DNA of 64,000 nucleotides. It comes from Octopus sinensis (taxonomy: Eukaryota). Positions 12,031 through 27,012 of this stretch are shown piece by piece. The DNA is taken from the NCBI RefSeq assembly GCF_006345805.1, contig NC_043010.1, forward strand, positions 4,216,001-4,280,000. The letters are read 5' to 3'. Each line of letters begins with the position of its first letter. The first letter of the stretch is position 1. Under the pieces are notes generated by a model. That model ran no database searches and was not told where the DNA came from. It saw nothing but the letters and a program-made list of their open reading frames with translations. Both the position numbers and the translations under genes were made by a program.

Positions 12031-15000
12031 TAATTTCAGTCAGATCTTTTTCTGTAAAAAGCTGAATATCATTTCTCTTCTTATATAGCTCCAGAGCAGA
12101 CTTGATTGAGCAGGCCTTTGATTAAAGTGTTTCAGCCAATTCATGTAGGTGCAGATATAGCCACATAGTTAAGAAGTTTATTTTTTGACCATAGGGTTCT
12201 GGATTCAATTTTTCTGCATTGACTAATGTCTTGTGAATAGAATTTGGTAAATGGAAACTATGTTGAAGCTCATTATGTGTCTGTATAATTTAAAAAATAT
12301 TTTTGTATGACTTAGTCAGGAAGGGCCAAGTCACAAGCTTATCACCTTTTCTCAGGTTGAAATCCTCTCTTGATTGCCAAGCATTCAAAGGAGGATTTGA
12401 AAAGCTGTGATATATTATAGCTAGATGAGGTAAGTTATTGAGTATTTAGTGTTTTTTTTTCCAGTGACAGAATACAAAGCATCAACTTGCTAGCTTGTAT
12501 GATGACAGCTTAATGAATCAGTCAGTGTTGGCTTTCATTTTGAACAGATAATAGCTGAGTGATTCAATCTAATCTGAGGTTTCATTTAAATTTTAATTCC
12601 TCATATCTGTCTCCATAGTGTTTAAAATTATTTTATGTTGAGAAAGAAAAAAAATATTTAAAAAATCTTTTGACCAACATGTTAAAATTTTAGTGGAAGA
12701 TTTTTCTGCATAAAAGTTATAGGATATATATATCTATGCAGGTGCTATATACAAGAATATCTATTTATGTAAGGTCAAGATCGTGAATTGTCAGTGTCTT
12801 TAGAGTATTTAGACTGCCTTGCAATATTTCTTCTGCTCTCTGCGCTCCAAGTTCAAATCCTGCCAAAATAAAGTTTGCATTTCAATCTTTTTACAGTTGG
12901 TAAAAAAAGGATCAATCAAGAGCAGTGAATTCATAGATGTGCTGGAACATCAGAAAAGATACTTTATAATATGTGTTCCAGCCTTTTATTCTCATAGTCA
13001 TCCCTGCAATATCCTGTGACAAGCTGTATCAACCCTAATTCTTTCCCTTTGAAAATTTTGGTGGTGTAGAGAGATGAGGATTCCACATAGGAGCAACTAC
13101 AACCCTTCTACAAAACCCATTGCTAAGGCCCGTGCATACAATTGTAGGTTGTAGGTCCATGCTGACCAACAGAGACCACTCCATAAGAGGTTTACTTTGC
13201 AACCATATGGTTCTGGATTTAATCCCACTGCATAGCATCTTGATCAAATACCTTCTTGCATAACACAAGGTTGACCGATACCTTCTGAGCGGAATTTGGC
13301 AGGTGGAAACTCTGCAGAGGTACACCTGTCATATGTCTATTTCCTTTCTCTCTCTCTCTCTCTCTCACTCTTAATTTATTCATTTATTCATTTTTGTAGC
13401 TTAGCGAGGAGAAACAGCGATGCCCATGACTTCTCTCAGTGCTTCTATCTGTGGAAAGAAGGAAGGGACAAAGGAAGGAAGGAAGAAAAGAAGGAAAGAC
13501 AGAAAGAAGGAAGGAAGGTAGGCAGACATTTTTTATACTAGAGACTTGACCTGAATGCTTGTAATAGAGAGGGATTTTATAATATCATCCAAGTGCCTGG
13601 TGGTAGTGGTAAACCTGGCAATAGATTAAGTTTTCTAGACAGAAACTTGGTGTATACTGGCATAAACAAGTTGGATGAGTTGCATTCCTGTGCTTCAAAA
13701 GATAACTTAGCCATTCAATAAATTGGAATCGATGAAATCAGAACCAAACTGAAATAAATATTTGGGTTGATATGATAATTGACCAAAAACACCATTCATG
13801 AGCTTCAGTATGGCCATAGTCCAATGATGGTAAGCAATAAAAGAATAAAAGATTACCCATACCTTTAGTGTTTCAGAACAAAAATAGGTAAGTTTTTTTT
13901 TCTGTTTTATACAAAACAAAATAAAGACAAGAAAGAGAAAAAAGAGATACTACTTCTAATAAATAATGTGCTTCTATTCAAAATTTTTGAATACCACTGG
14001 TGTAGGTAAATGGAAACCAAATGAATGATTCTTGTATAAAATCACAATTTGCCAAGACACAGTTATAAATATGATGATTCTTTAGAATATTTTTAATAGA
14101 AGTTTAAAAAAAAAAAACAGTTACATATGTTGTAATGTCTGAAAATAAAATATGGAGAGAATGGACTATTTTCTATGCATAGATATTAGTAAAAGTAGGG
14201 GAGCCGTGCTACACTTTAAACAATGTCTTTCTTAAATTCTTTGGTCAGTATAGAAGATCATAATTGAATTTGTATTATTTATTAAAATCCATTTTCAATT
14301 CAAACAAAATTGATTAAATTAATCAGCAGGCTTCACTTGCAACTTTGACCCTTATTCCTTTAGTTTTATTTTATAATTTTCTATCTTCAAATTTCTATAG
14401 ATTCTTTCCTAATATACTAAATCATACATTTTTTCTCATAAGAAATATTAAATTGAATTATATATTTAATTCTCTCTAATTCTAAATAAAACATTTCCTT
14501 TCTGTTGCTCCTCATCATCATTTACTCCATATATGTTTAATTTTCTTACATTTGTCATAATTGTATCTGTAGAAACGAGGAAGATTTAAAATATTTTTCA
14601 AGTAACTGTTTAAACATTCCATTGTCATCTAAAATGAACAGAATGAGAACTCAACTCTAAGATCTAGGTCATATTTTTCTCGTAGATACAGCTATTTAAA
14701 CTCTTTATTAAAATGATTGGTAACCAAATACTGCATAACCAAATGTAGCACTTTCTAAGCAGCTATATGACAGTTTTTATATGGTTTCTTTCTCTTCTTT
14801 TCCTAACTTTTATTACTTTTTCCCTTTCTTTGTTCATTGGATGTATAAGCTTCAGTTTAACTTTACATCTTTTCCACATTGATGTTATTTCCTACGTAGA
14901 AACCATTATGCTTCTTTCTTTCATTTGCTCTGTGCAACAGAATTCCAATCCTATCTATGAATTCCCAATTCCTACAAACTGCAGCTTCTGACAGATAAAC

Positions 15001-16667
15001 TTTCAGGATATCATAAAACTGCTAATCTCTCATGCTTGCTGTCTTCCAGTTTTCCCTAGAAACTCACTCAATTATAAGTATGGCTATCTTTCATGTGTTG
15101 TATCAGAAAAACAATCTCTGAAATTTATCATCATGAAATACAATGGATGTGAGGAAAAACTATTCGCTATGATTTCATGTGATACTGTGAAAATATGTTC
15201 ATGATTTACTATCAACATAATTCTTTCTGAATAGAAAACAAGATAGTTTCCTTAGAATTATCACTGTGGATAATGCAAAAACCAAATCTAATATTAGTAT
15301 CATTTATTAGATGTAGTAATGACAGATTTCAGGACAAAATATATGCAAACTGCAAAGAGACCGAAACATTAATGCATTCAATAGAAGTAGTATGGTTAAC
15401 TATTGATATTGTTTACTAGATATAACTAGTCTGGTTTGAATGCTTGTGTAAATGTACATACACACACATATATAAACACACACACACACACACATATACA
15501 TACATACACATATGCACACATACACACTCACACACACATGCATACGAACATGGATACACATACATATATGCATACATACATTCATACATAGATGCACACT
15601 CTCTCCCTCTCTTTCTTTTTCTCTCTCTCTCTCTCATGCACACATACACACTCATACACTGAAAGTAGTGAATTGGTGTGGGGGATAAGATACCTTGCAG
15701 CTTTTGTTCCGGTTCTTTGTTCTGGTTTCAAATTCCAAGAAGGTCGACTTTGATTTTCTATTTTCCAGGGTAGATAAAGAGCTAATCAAGTACTGCCATT
15801 AATATTTCACACACACACACACGCACACACATACACACACACACACACACACATACACACACACTCTCTCTTTCTCTCCCTCTCCCTCTATCTCTCTCTC
15901 TCTCCCTCTCTCCTCTCTCAATCTACTACATCACACTGTGAAAGATTATGAAGTGTCTCTTCAGAAAAAAAGCAAGGTCTGCATAAGACAGTTGCAACCT
16001 CTTCTCATAGAAAAACATACATGTTCCTGGAACAATCCAAGGACGTGCCAGAGTACAGTATGATATGAAACAAATAAAATATATGGCATATTTAGGTATG
16101 GCTGTATGATTATGGAGTTTGCTTTGCAATCATGAGGTTCCAGATTTAACGCACCACATGGCTTCTTTGACCATAAACTCAGATTAATTCAAATCTTGTG
16201 AGAGAGAGTAGTAAGAAGATATGAAATATCCATTGGAGGGATTGTAATTCGTTACTCAAAAGGCAAACTTTGTCCGATTGTGTCCCTCTGATTCTTATAG
16301 TTAAGGGTTCATGTATTCTTCAACTATTTACATTATAAATAAATAAGTTGGTGGTCCAGTTTTTGGAAAGCATGCACTCATGTGGACTAACAGAACTACC
16401 TGGACATTCCATTCTCCGGTAGTGTCAATGTTGGTTGGCATTGCTGAAGCAAGCAACAATGCTGAGAGCTGTTAAAGTTGCTTTGATTGCCAGTCAACGG
16501 CTGATAAAAACGATGTGCCACAGTGCTTGCAGTATGGCATATGTTAGATATGCATATGTTTTCATGTATGTGTGTACGTGCATGTATGTATATATGTGTG
16601 TTGTGTGGATGTGTATGTACATGTGTGTGTTTATACGTAAGTATGTATGCATGAGTACATTATGTGC

Positions 16668-16698
<31 letters not shown>

Positions 16699-16942
16699 AA
16701 TATATGTAATATATGTATATGTAAATATACATACCATGCACATACTAGCACTGACCACTTCCCAGCCTCACATACACACACCTACACATACACACATGCA
16801 TTTTCGTCTTGGGATCACCTCTACTTTATTATCTCCCCTTCTACCTAGCTCTCCTGTGTGACCCCTCTGTCTGGCATTTGCCATGATAGATCGCTAGCCA
16901 CTACACATTCTTTATTTTCTCTCCTTGTTTCTTTCTGTGTTC

Positions 16943-16978
16943 CTTTCTGTAGAAGAGCGTAGGTTTGAAACGTTAAAG
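16943..16978 (+). ncRNA. Minimal type I hammerhead-like motif (A6 variant) in a probable Penelope-like terminal repeat
   Basis: CTTT-CTGTAGA-A-GAGC(GTAG)GTTT-GAAA-CGT-T-AAAG: stem I CTTT/AAAG, stem II with G.U pairs, palindromic ACGT stem III. Core position 6 is U instead of A. Confidence 0.5.
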
Positions 16979-18864
16979 ACTTTTTCATTTCCTGAGTGTT
17001 AAACTAATACATCTGTTTGTTGTCTACTCCACCTGTCTTCGTCTTTTTTTTTTTTGTGAATTCTCCCCCTATTTATATATATATATATAATATATATATA
17101 TATAATATATATATATATATACATACAATAAGTAAATAATACGAAAACAATAATTAAATAATTCAAAAACTACCTGCATGGTAAGCTTTTTTACTTATAG
17201 ATTATAAGAGTTACAGGCATTGTTGTGTAAAAAGGCTTACTTTGAAAATCTGTGGTTTTTGTACTGATCTTATTTCCATGCTGCCCTGTTTCATAGCCTA
17301 ATGGTTTGTTATTGAAGTTTGGTAGATAGTGAGTATGTAGAAACTCATCATGTATGAATGTGTGTGTGTGTTGGTGAAAATACAAATTTCAAATTTTGGC
17401 ACAAGGTCAGGAATTTCAGGGGAGTGAGGTAGATGATTACATTGGCCTCACTGCTCAACTGGTATTTATTTTATTGACCCTGAAATGACGAAAGGCAAAG
17501 TTGACATCATCAGAACTTGAACTCGGAACATAAAGATGGATGAAATATTGCTATGCATTTTACCCGGTGTACTAACAATTCTACCAGCTCACCACCTTGC
17601 ATTGGTGAAAATGTAGAATTAATAAATAAACTGATGAGACTCATAATACTATAATACTATTCTGTGGTGTTTACTCCAACCAGGTTGGATAGACACTCAC
17701 TTACCATTCTCACTATTAGGGATACAATGAATCAGCAATTGGCCTATTTGAACCATATCATCAATGATGTTTTAGTCTCCAAAAGGCATGATGTATGAAA
17801 AGTAATTCTAAGATGCACTTGTGTGTTTTCTTTCTTCAATAATGCTAATTTGCTTCATTACAAAGCCGAGTTTTTGAGGAAGAGGAGATATAGTCAATGC
17901 ACTCGAATTCCATGTATTACTGGAACTTTTAATGATGCAAAAGAGATGAAAGATAAAAACAAATACCGTGGTACTTGAACACAGAAGACAAATGGATAAA
18001 TATAATGAAATAATATTCCAAGACATTCTATCTAAGACTCTACCATTCCCTCCATCACAATTTCTTCTTCGGCTACAATCTTGGGGAAACATCCATGAAG
18101 AAACATTATTCACCATTATCTTTCACTGCTCGGTAAATAATAAGTGTCAGTACCATTAAAGTGCAGACAAATTTGGTTGGAGAATGCATTTAAAAATAAT
18201 TACTATGGTTCATTGTTATAAATGATGTCGAAAGACATATCTTACAAACAGATTCTCTAACTCACTTATGATATGATTTTGTATACAAAATTTCTTCAGA
18301 AATCATCTCATCAGAGCTATTCATTTTGTTTAGATATCATATATAAAAAAGAATTGGCAGCAATAGAATTGAAACTTTTTGTTTTTCTTTTTAAAATCAG
18401 CATATTTTTATAATGATTAAGATTCTATTATTATTTTTTAAAAATTTACCATTTGTTTTCTACTGTGTGGGCGCAACCACTCAAAAAATACTGTTTTCTA
18501 AAGATAACTAGTAAATCTTAGTGTGTGATTTATTATCATTAAGTGTCTTTCCTGACAGCCAACTACTATACTTCATTTAGTACGAATAAAGACAAATTAA
18601 GTATTTGGTTGTATGTGGTGGACAGAAAAATAAAATAAAAATTTTCTAGTTGGTGGATACTAGCAGAATGGCTCTCAGCAACTATCTTTTTCTAATAAGA
18701 TTTCACTAATCTGCTGTTAAATTGAGAGTTGGTCTGATGTATTTTTGACTTGAATCAAATTGCTTTCTGTTACATTTAGTAGCTTCTTTGAACAGATAAT
18801 AATAAAAATAAAAACATAATGGTGTAGCAAATTAAATGCTTTATAACTTGACCAAATTAGTCAC

Positions 18865-18916
18865 CTGAGCATACAACCAATCATCAGGACATACTCCAAA
18901 CCACAATTTCCTACAA
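18865..18916 (-). other. Candidate 52-nt internal exon, product unknown
   Basis: Long pyrimidine tract plus CCAG acceptor and CAG|GTGACT donor. Two open frames (CRKLWFGVCPDDWLYAQ or VGNCGLEYVLMIGCML). Confidence 0.35.
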
Positions 18917-19866
18917 CTGGACAGTGTAATATGAAAAGATTGAAAACAAAAAAAAAAAATCTCCAAGTGTCTAGTAATAGTCACACTTCCCTATTGTATA
19001 ATGATTTCCCAGTATATTTCAATATGTTAATTTATTGGAAGGTTTTAGGAAACAAAAAAAAAACAAAACAAAAAAAATGAACAAAAAAGTCATTAAAGAA
19101 TGAAAACAAAAAAAAAATTGATAGAAATGGTTTAGAAATTATGAAGTATATAGTAAAAGTGACATGGTAATCACAATTAATATATTGATGGTGATGTTGG
19201 AAACTATACAACAAAAAATACTTAATCAACGGTTGAGTAGGTTTATTTTAAAGAAGTATAGACAAATTTAATCTATATTTAAACTATTGTTGATATTTTT
19301 TTTTAATGTATAGATTAACAATAACAAAAGAACCACACCATTATCTTCTATTGATAATATGGTAATGAAAATGCAACTAACACATTTTAGTATATGAAGA
19401 CATCCTGAAAGGTAACTATCAACACAAATCTGGCTTCATAACGTATTTAAAAAAAATTTGTTTTGATCTAAAGTCATGAACCAAAATGATAACCAAATTG
19501 TTTTCTATTTGTCTATTTTGTAATGTTAGGTAGAGTAATAATGTTTTATATTTTACACTACAAGAGAAATGCTGTTTTCCTTCATATTTTTATTTTTTTT
19601 GCTATGCTCTCTTTGTTTTATTTCTATTTTTGTTGTTGTTGTTTTCTACCCAAGATGTCTTCTAGTGAACAATAATCAAAATAAATTAATGGCTATGGTA
19701 ATTCATTTTATCATATAATAAACCACTTTAACATTGTTGTCTATTTTATAAAATGATAAATGTAATTTGATATGGATATTTCTACTTTTATTTTCATGAT
19801 ATACAGTACTAACAGGCTAAATAACACACACACACACACACACACACTAACACACACACACACATA

Positions 19867-19920
<54 letters not shown>

Positions 19921-20219
19921 CACGCATACATATTGTTTGATTCTAAGACGACAAGAACAACATGTTCTGCTAGCTAGATACAGCTACTACTTCCAGTTAA
20001 AAACAATAGAATGACAAATAGATTTGAAAGAAAAGTGATATTAGTGGCCTAACATAAAGGGTTATAGCTAGCTACATTAGGAAAATTATGTGGAGTAAAA
20101 ACAGAAAGGAAAATCACTGGAGCCCTTGGAGCTATCATCATAATGGCTGTAGTTAAAAAAAAACACACACACACAAAACATAAAACCAAGAGGGACATTG
20201 GCAGAATAAATGTATTTTC

Positions 20220-20250
<31 letters not shown>

Positions 20251-20999
20251 GTGTGTGTATGTATGTCAACAGAAAATACTTATATATATGCCTATGTGTA
20301 TATGTACATACATATATATATATATATATATAATATATATATATATATATGTGTGCGTGTGCATGTGCTTGTGTGTGTGTATGTGTACAAATACATCCAT
20401 AAACATGAGGCATGAAAAATTATTTAGCCTGAGTGAAAATAATTGGGTTGCAAGAAAAAAAAATGATTAATGACCTAACCCTGAAGTAATGTGGAATAAA
20501 GCAGAGAAATTGTGAAAATAATTGGTTAATAAAATCATACACTTTTTTATGCATGTAATAAATGAAGTGATGTCTCTTGAGCATGTATGTATCTGTACAT
20601 GCTTGTTCATGAGAACACTTCTCTGCGTGTAAAATTTATATATGCACAACATAAAAACATGCAGCCATCAATTGATACCCACATGAATATTTAGCGTGCC
20701 TAGCATGTGGTTAGGTACACACTCACACACACATACACACACACAAACACACACACAAACACACACACACACATGCATGCGCACATAAACACACATTGAG
20801 AAAAAAATGAGTACTTTGTTTTGAGAGGAGGAAAAAACTGAGCAAATGAATGTGTATTTCAAAATTATTTACTATAAACACAATAACACAGGAATTTACA
20901 CATAAATCCTTAAATCCATATTTATAAAGCATAGACATAACCATGTGTGTGTATGCATATATACATATGTGTGTGTGTGTATATATATATATATGTATG

Positions 21000-21071
<72 letters not shown>

Positions 21072-21733
21072 ATATATATTTAGGTATTTATATGTGTATT
21101 TATATATATATATGTAGGTATATATATATGTATATATGAGTATATATATGTGTGTGTGTGTATATATATATGTACATATCTTTATATATATATATATGTG
21201 TGTGTGTACATATGTATATATATATATGTATATATATATATTATATATATATATATATATACATGTACACACATAAATGTACGCATTCATACTTATCTCC
21301 ACAGACACTCTCACATAGAAACACACAAACATACTCTGAATATGGATTATGGCTTGCTCTATAAATTTTAATAGATATTTTATCTAATATCCATGAATAT
21401 AGATTGTGTTATATCCAAGTATATTTAAATGCAGAACTGGACACATTTTCATAGCTCTGTACTTTTGTGTAGAGTGTACTAACAGATACTTTTGGGGTAT
21501 TTCATTTATTCATTAAAAAATTAAAACATCATCAGGCAGTCATACACACACACACACACACACACACACATATGCATGCATACACATACACACATAAGCA
21601 ATGTTTATTTGAAGTTGTAGCTTCCTGAGTCACATCTCTCAGTTTCATGTTGTCACTTCTTTAAACATTTGAACAACTGGTGTTGTGAAACTCAGAGTTA
21701 TGATTCAGGAAGCTTTAGGTGTAAATGAATACC

Positions 21734-21961
21734 TATTTCTTTATTACCCACAAGGAGCTAAACATAGAGGGGACAAACAAGGACAGACATAGGTATTAAG
21801 TCGATTACATCGACCCCAGTGCGTAACTGGTACTTAATTTATCGACCCCGAAAGGATGAAAGGCAAAGTCAACCTCGGCGGAATTTGAACTCACAACGTA
21901 ACGACAAGCGAAATACCGTTAAGCATTTCGCCCGGCGTGCTAACGTTTCTGCCAGCTCTCC
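21734..21961 (-). mobile_element. Young tRNA-derived SINE with Meta/MESC-like central domain and 16-bp TSD
   Basis: Exact flanking repeat GGTGTAAATGAATACC at 21718-21733 and 21962-21977. Minus strand has A box TGGCAGAAACG, B box GAGTTCAAATTCC and central GCCTTTCATCCTTTCGGGGTCGATAAATTAAGTACCAG. CpGs are intact. Confidence 0.92.
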
Positions 21962-22009
21962 GGTGTAAATGAATACCACACTCATGCATGCACATACACA
22001 CACACACAA

Positions 22010-22042
<33 letters not shown>

Positions 22043-22159
22043 CACACACAGTATTTTATTACTAAGTCCTTTTTTCTACAATTTTTAAACACAAATTTCT
22101 GTCTATCTCTCTCTTCCTCTGTGTGTATGTGTATGAATATATATATATATATATATATA

Positions 22160-22574
22160 GGCGCAGGAGTGGCTGTGTGGTAAGTAGCTTGCTTACCAAC
22201 CACATGGTTCCGGGTTCACTCCCACTGCGTGGCATCTTGGGCAAGTGTCTTCTACTATAGCCCCGGGCCGACCAATGCCTTGTGAGTGGATTTGGTAGAC
22301 GGAAACTGAAAGAAGCCTGTCGTATATATGTATATATATATAAGTGTGTGTGTATATGTTTGTGTGTCTGTGTTTGTCCCCCTAGCATTGCTTGACAACC
22401 GATGCTGGCTGGTATATTTACGTCCCCGTTACTTAGCGGTTCAGCAAAAGAGACCGATAGAATAAGTACTGGGCTTACAAAGAATAAGTCCCGGGGTCGA
22501 GTTGCTCAATTAAAGGCGGTGCTCCAGCATGGCCACAGTCAAATGACTGAAACAAGTAATAGAGTAAAAAGAGT
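22160..22574 (+). mobile_element. Composite CORE-like SINE, full length, inserted at (TA)n
   Basis: Near-identical to the 5489-5892 copy. Confidence 0.9.
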
Positions 22575-22905
22575 ATATATTCATAAGTAGATAATGTATA
22601 TACACATATACATATACACATTCATATATGTTCACATGCACACACACACACATGCACACATGCACACATGCACACACACACATACTCACACACACATGTC
22701 TCCGTATGTTTCTCTGAGTGTGTAGTCAACAGACACCTTTTAAACATTTCTGCCTCAGTTGCTCCTTTTTGCTTGTTCTCAGTTTTACCTTGTCTTTCAC
22801 TCTCTCCCCACCCACCACCACCATCTATTCTGAAGGTAATGTCCAAAGTGTTACGTTAATTTATTTTGTGAACCCATCTCATATCATTATTATTTTGCTC
22901 TTTTA

Positions 22906-22942
<37 letters not shown>

Positions 22943-25411
22943 CACACACACTCATACACACACACACAATACACTGTTTCAAATGATGCTGTCTACAACA
23001 TTCTTTAAATGAATTTCAGAAGCAAATAAAACTCCATTTCTGTTTATCTAAATTTCATTATAGCAATTTAATATTAAGAAGCAGAAAAGCCCCAGAGTTT
23101 GGTAATTTACTCTATTTCGATTCTGACTTCTTAGTTTGTGTCTCATTACTCTGAGATTGATAAAATTTTAAACTGAGATATGAATAGTGTATGTTTGTGG
23201 TGAGGTAAATCAACCAACTGTATCCAACTTCCTTACAATAAGAGATTTATGTCTTGCTCTCAAGTATTTCTCCGATAATTTCTCACTGAAAGCAACATAT
23301 AAAATACAGCCATCCCTTGTGTTACAGAAACGTTGCTTTCCTCAAATCCTTTCTGCAATGTGGAATTCCATAGCACAGAAAATTTTTTCCATGTTACTGA
23401 ACAGTTGGCAAATACTTGCCGCATTATATAAAATGGTATCCAGTTAGAAATGTGTTTTACATCATAGAATTTCATGTTATGGCAACATTTTTTAGAAGCA
23501 TGTTGCTCTCATTATGTGGGGGCAGTATGTTTGCATAAATTATCTGCTTCCTTTCCATTCATGTTTTCCTGTAAGAGTTCATACTGAACACAAACTACTA
23601 TTAACAATTTACAATCTTTTGAAAGGCAAGTTCCCCATAACATTAGCTTTTCCATTCATCATGACAATTGAACTTCTGACTGTTCTACAAAATCACCTTT
23701 ACTCTGCTAATGCTAACAAAATGAAACAAAACTAAGTTATTCTACCGTTAGCCTTCTCAAAAATCTAGATTTTAAGGTGTTTAGTTATACATATATATGT
23801 GTGTGCGTGCGTGTGTGTGTGTGTGTGTAAAATTAAGCTTTTCCTCATTTACCTACATTCCTTTAAATAACTGACACTCCCATAATCACCACGGATGACT
23901 TAGAACTCTGAGAAAAAATTAGATTTACCAAATTTTACACAATGCAAAGTAAGTATATTAAAACTTCCTTTTATTATCGAGGGAATGATTATATAGTTAC
24001 CCGTTTGCTGCGATAGAAGAAAGCTTTGATATTATCAATAAACTGTTTAAGCATTAAACACTTAGATATTTAAAAACAAAAATTTTACATTTCAAAATAG
24101 CTTTCTTAGGAATGGTAGGCAGAAATGTGATCATCATTGGCGGTAGTGATAATGCAAACAAGTACACCTCAAAACTTTTAATGAAACACCTAAGAATTTA
24201 GATATTTATATATATACAATATAGTACAGAATAAGAACCGTAATGTAAAATGAAAATAATTTTAATGAAAAAAAAATTGCTAACGTTTTGGAGAAAATGG
24301 AGTAATTTGATTTGAGCCAGGTGGAAAAAAAAAAAAGAAAATAGTTGAGAAAATCACAAAAGCTATTGCCTCCTCTTTTATGAGATTACCCAAGGAGGAA
24401 AGTCAACTACCATGCTTTTTTACATGGAGGGGGTTCCCATAGGTTCTTTAAGGAAGCATTATTTGAAGTGCTGGTTATGTATAGCATGATGTATTCTCTA
24501 TCAACTAGGGAAGAGTGTGAGGAAATGTGTGCCTTGCCTTTAAGTTGAAGATAAGGTGAGAAAAGAGGCAAAATTTGTGGTTCTACATTATATGGTAAGA
24601 CAAAACATGAGAGTAATGGTCAGTCTTGCAACACTGGGGAAAAGAATGATGTAATCTTAGGAACTGTATGGGAAGAAGAATCCACAGAACCCACAAAAAT
24701 AAGTAAGCACAGACAAAAGATTAGCATGTAACTGGATGTCCCTGATGAAAATATGCCTATGCCTACCCTATTAGTGTTTCTGAAGTTACTGTAATCTAAA
24801 AGGAGGATTCTAATTTTCTTCATTTAGAGGCAACCCTACAAGAATTTGTAATAACACCAAAATAGTTGGGTTCAGAATATAAATGACGCGTAAAGTTAAA
24901 ATCAAAACACAATATTGAATATAAAAACGAATATCTTTCTCGGGATGTTGGTGTGTTTCAGAATCGGATACGTTCAAAGAAGTTTAATGCTGCATCCCAT
25001 TGTACTCAAATACTGTTTTAGAAATGTTTAATGAACAACTTCATGGAATACTCATCGCAACCTAACCATTAAGCTTTCGTTATTTCTTTAAATTATTGTT
25101 TTAATTATTGTGTGTTTTCTCTTCTTTTATTACTTCAATACAAATATGTGTGTATGTATACATTCATATGTGTGTTGCTTGTGTGTTTATGTATGTGGAA
25201 ATATGTGAGTGTATAGTTATAAAATTTTTATTACATATTTTTTTTTATTGTACAATGTCTCTTGCTGTCTCCCTTTGTATTTGTAAACTTTTTTTTTATT
25301 TTTCACATGCCATGGTGTCTTTTGTTTTCTTTGTAACCCCTGCTGAGGGCTTTGTATTTTTGTATCTCTTTGAATCATTGGGGTTAATGAAGAAAATATT
25401 TATTATTATTA

Positions 25412-25449
<38 letters not shown>

Positions 25450-25541
25450 GTCATCATCGTCATCGTCATCATAGTGTTATGATTACTTTGAGCCCTACAT
25501 CATTTCATTATGAAAAAGAAAATAATATATATATATACATA

Positions 25542-25574
<33 letters not shown>

Positions 25575-26160
25575 GTGTGTGTATTCACTCAAGGAAAGCC
25601 TTTTAATAAAATTGTTATTACAGTAATTAATTACTTTGCTCAAACTATAATTTATTGTCCTTTAATTAAAATTTTCAAGACCTTACTTAGTTAATTATGC
25701 TAGCATCTAATTTTTAATTGTAATTTCAATTTTCAAAATCAGCTATGGGAGAACACCAAGGAACTAAAACAGCAACACTTCAGTTTCATTAGTTTTAATC
25801 TCCAGTTTGAACATTTTCCAAAATGTCATTTAAAAATTTTTTTTTATTTTTAATATAATATTTGACTTTTATAGCTTCATTTTCTAGTTAAATTTTATGA
25901 AACGAACTGCTAGACATTTTATTTGCTAAACTGATGAATTTAATATTTTAATTTAACATATTTGTATTTAGAATGATTCTGATGCATTAGATTAATAAAG
26001 AAGAAATAAATTGAAGAACTGGACAAATTTCATATGATTTATTTATGGAGTATTATATGGTTAAATCTTATTTGCTTTCAAACTTTTGCAGTGTCCAATA
26101 GCATATACAGCAATGAATTCTCGTCTCTGTTGTTCAGATGATAATGATAGTCTTATGAAA

Positions 26161-26569
26161 TACTCTTTACTCTTTTACTTGTTTCAGTCATTTAACTGTG
26201 GCCATGCTGGAGCACCGCCTTTAGTCGAGCAAATCGACCCCGGGACTTATTCTTTGTAAGCCTAGTAATTATTCTATCAATCTCTTTTGCTGAGCTGCTA
26301 AGTTACAGAGACGTAAACACACCAGCATCAGTTGTCAAGCGATGTTGGGGGGGACGAACACAAACACATAAACACACACATATATATATATACATATACA
26401 TATATACGACGGGCTTCTTTCAGTTTCTGTCTACCAAATCCACTCACAAGGCTTTGGTCGGCCCGAGGCTACAGCAGAAGACACTTGTCCAAGGTGCCAC
26501 GCAGTGGGACTGAACCCGGAATCATGTGGCTGGTAAGCAAGCTACTTACCACACAGCCACTCCTGCGCC
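26161..26569 (-). mobile_element. Composite CORE-like SINE, full length
   Basis: Reverse complement of the 5489 family, ending in CCTGCGCC. Confidence 0.9.
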
Positions 26570-26969
26570 TATATATAAACATGTATATATGACAGGCTTC
26601 TTTCAGTTTTCATTGTAGACTTTATTCAGTATTCTTGATGCTATAAAATGATATACTTTGTTTATAGCTTATGGTTCACTAACCCTTTAAGTAGAAGAGT
26701 CATTGTTAAGCTATTCTGGTAGCCATGCAATTTTTGTAAAATATAAATATTCAATGTTAAATTATTATTTTTTCATGAACTTTATTCTGCCAGATTGACA
26801 TGTTCAAGCATTAATTAGTGCACCTACAGAGTTAATAGTTGGTATAACTATATTGAAAAGTTTGGTTTATCAATTTGTGTTGCAAGATTCCTGATGTGAA
26901 ATTGTGTGTTGAAACAGATATTGTTTTATTTTAGGATGGTCATTTTTACCTTTGTTCCAAATAAACCCA

Positions 26970-27012
26970 GTCACTGAAGAGGTCACAGATGTGTGATGAA
27001 AGATTTCCAGAC
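26970..27012 (+). ncRNA. Minimal hammerhead-like motif, degenerate stem I
   Basis: GTCA-CTGAAGA-G-GTCACA(GATG)TGTGAT-GAAA-GATTT-C-CAGAC: intact CUGANGA and GAAA core, 6-bp stem II, near-palindromic AGATTT stem III, imperfect stem I. Confidence 0.45.

Noticed and set aside
23187-23735. Overlapping 70-86 aa ORFs in unique-looking DNA
   Set aside because: No recognisable domain and no consistent splice sites; stops interrupt the protein-like frames. Possibly an old transposase remnant.
23980-24030. Possible reversed Helitron 3' end
   Set aside because: The hairpin and CTAG are too degenerate, and no matching 5' TC end was identified.
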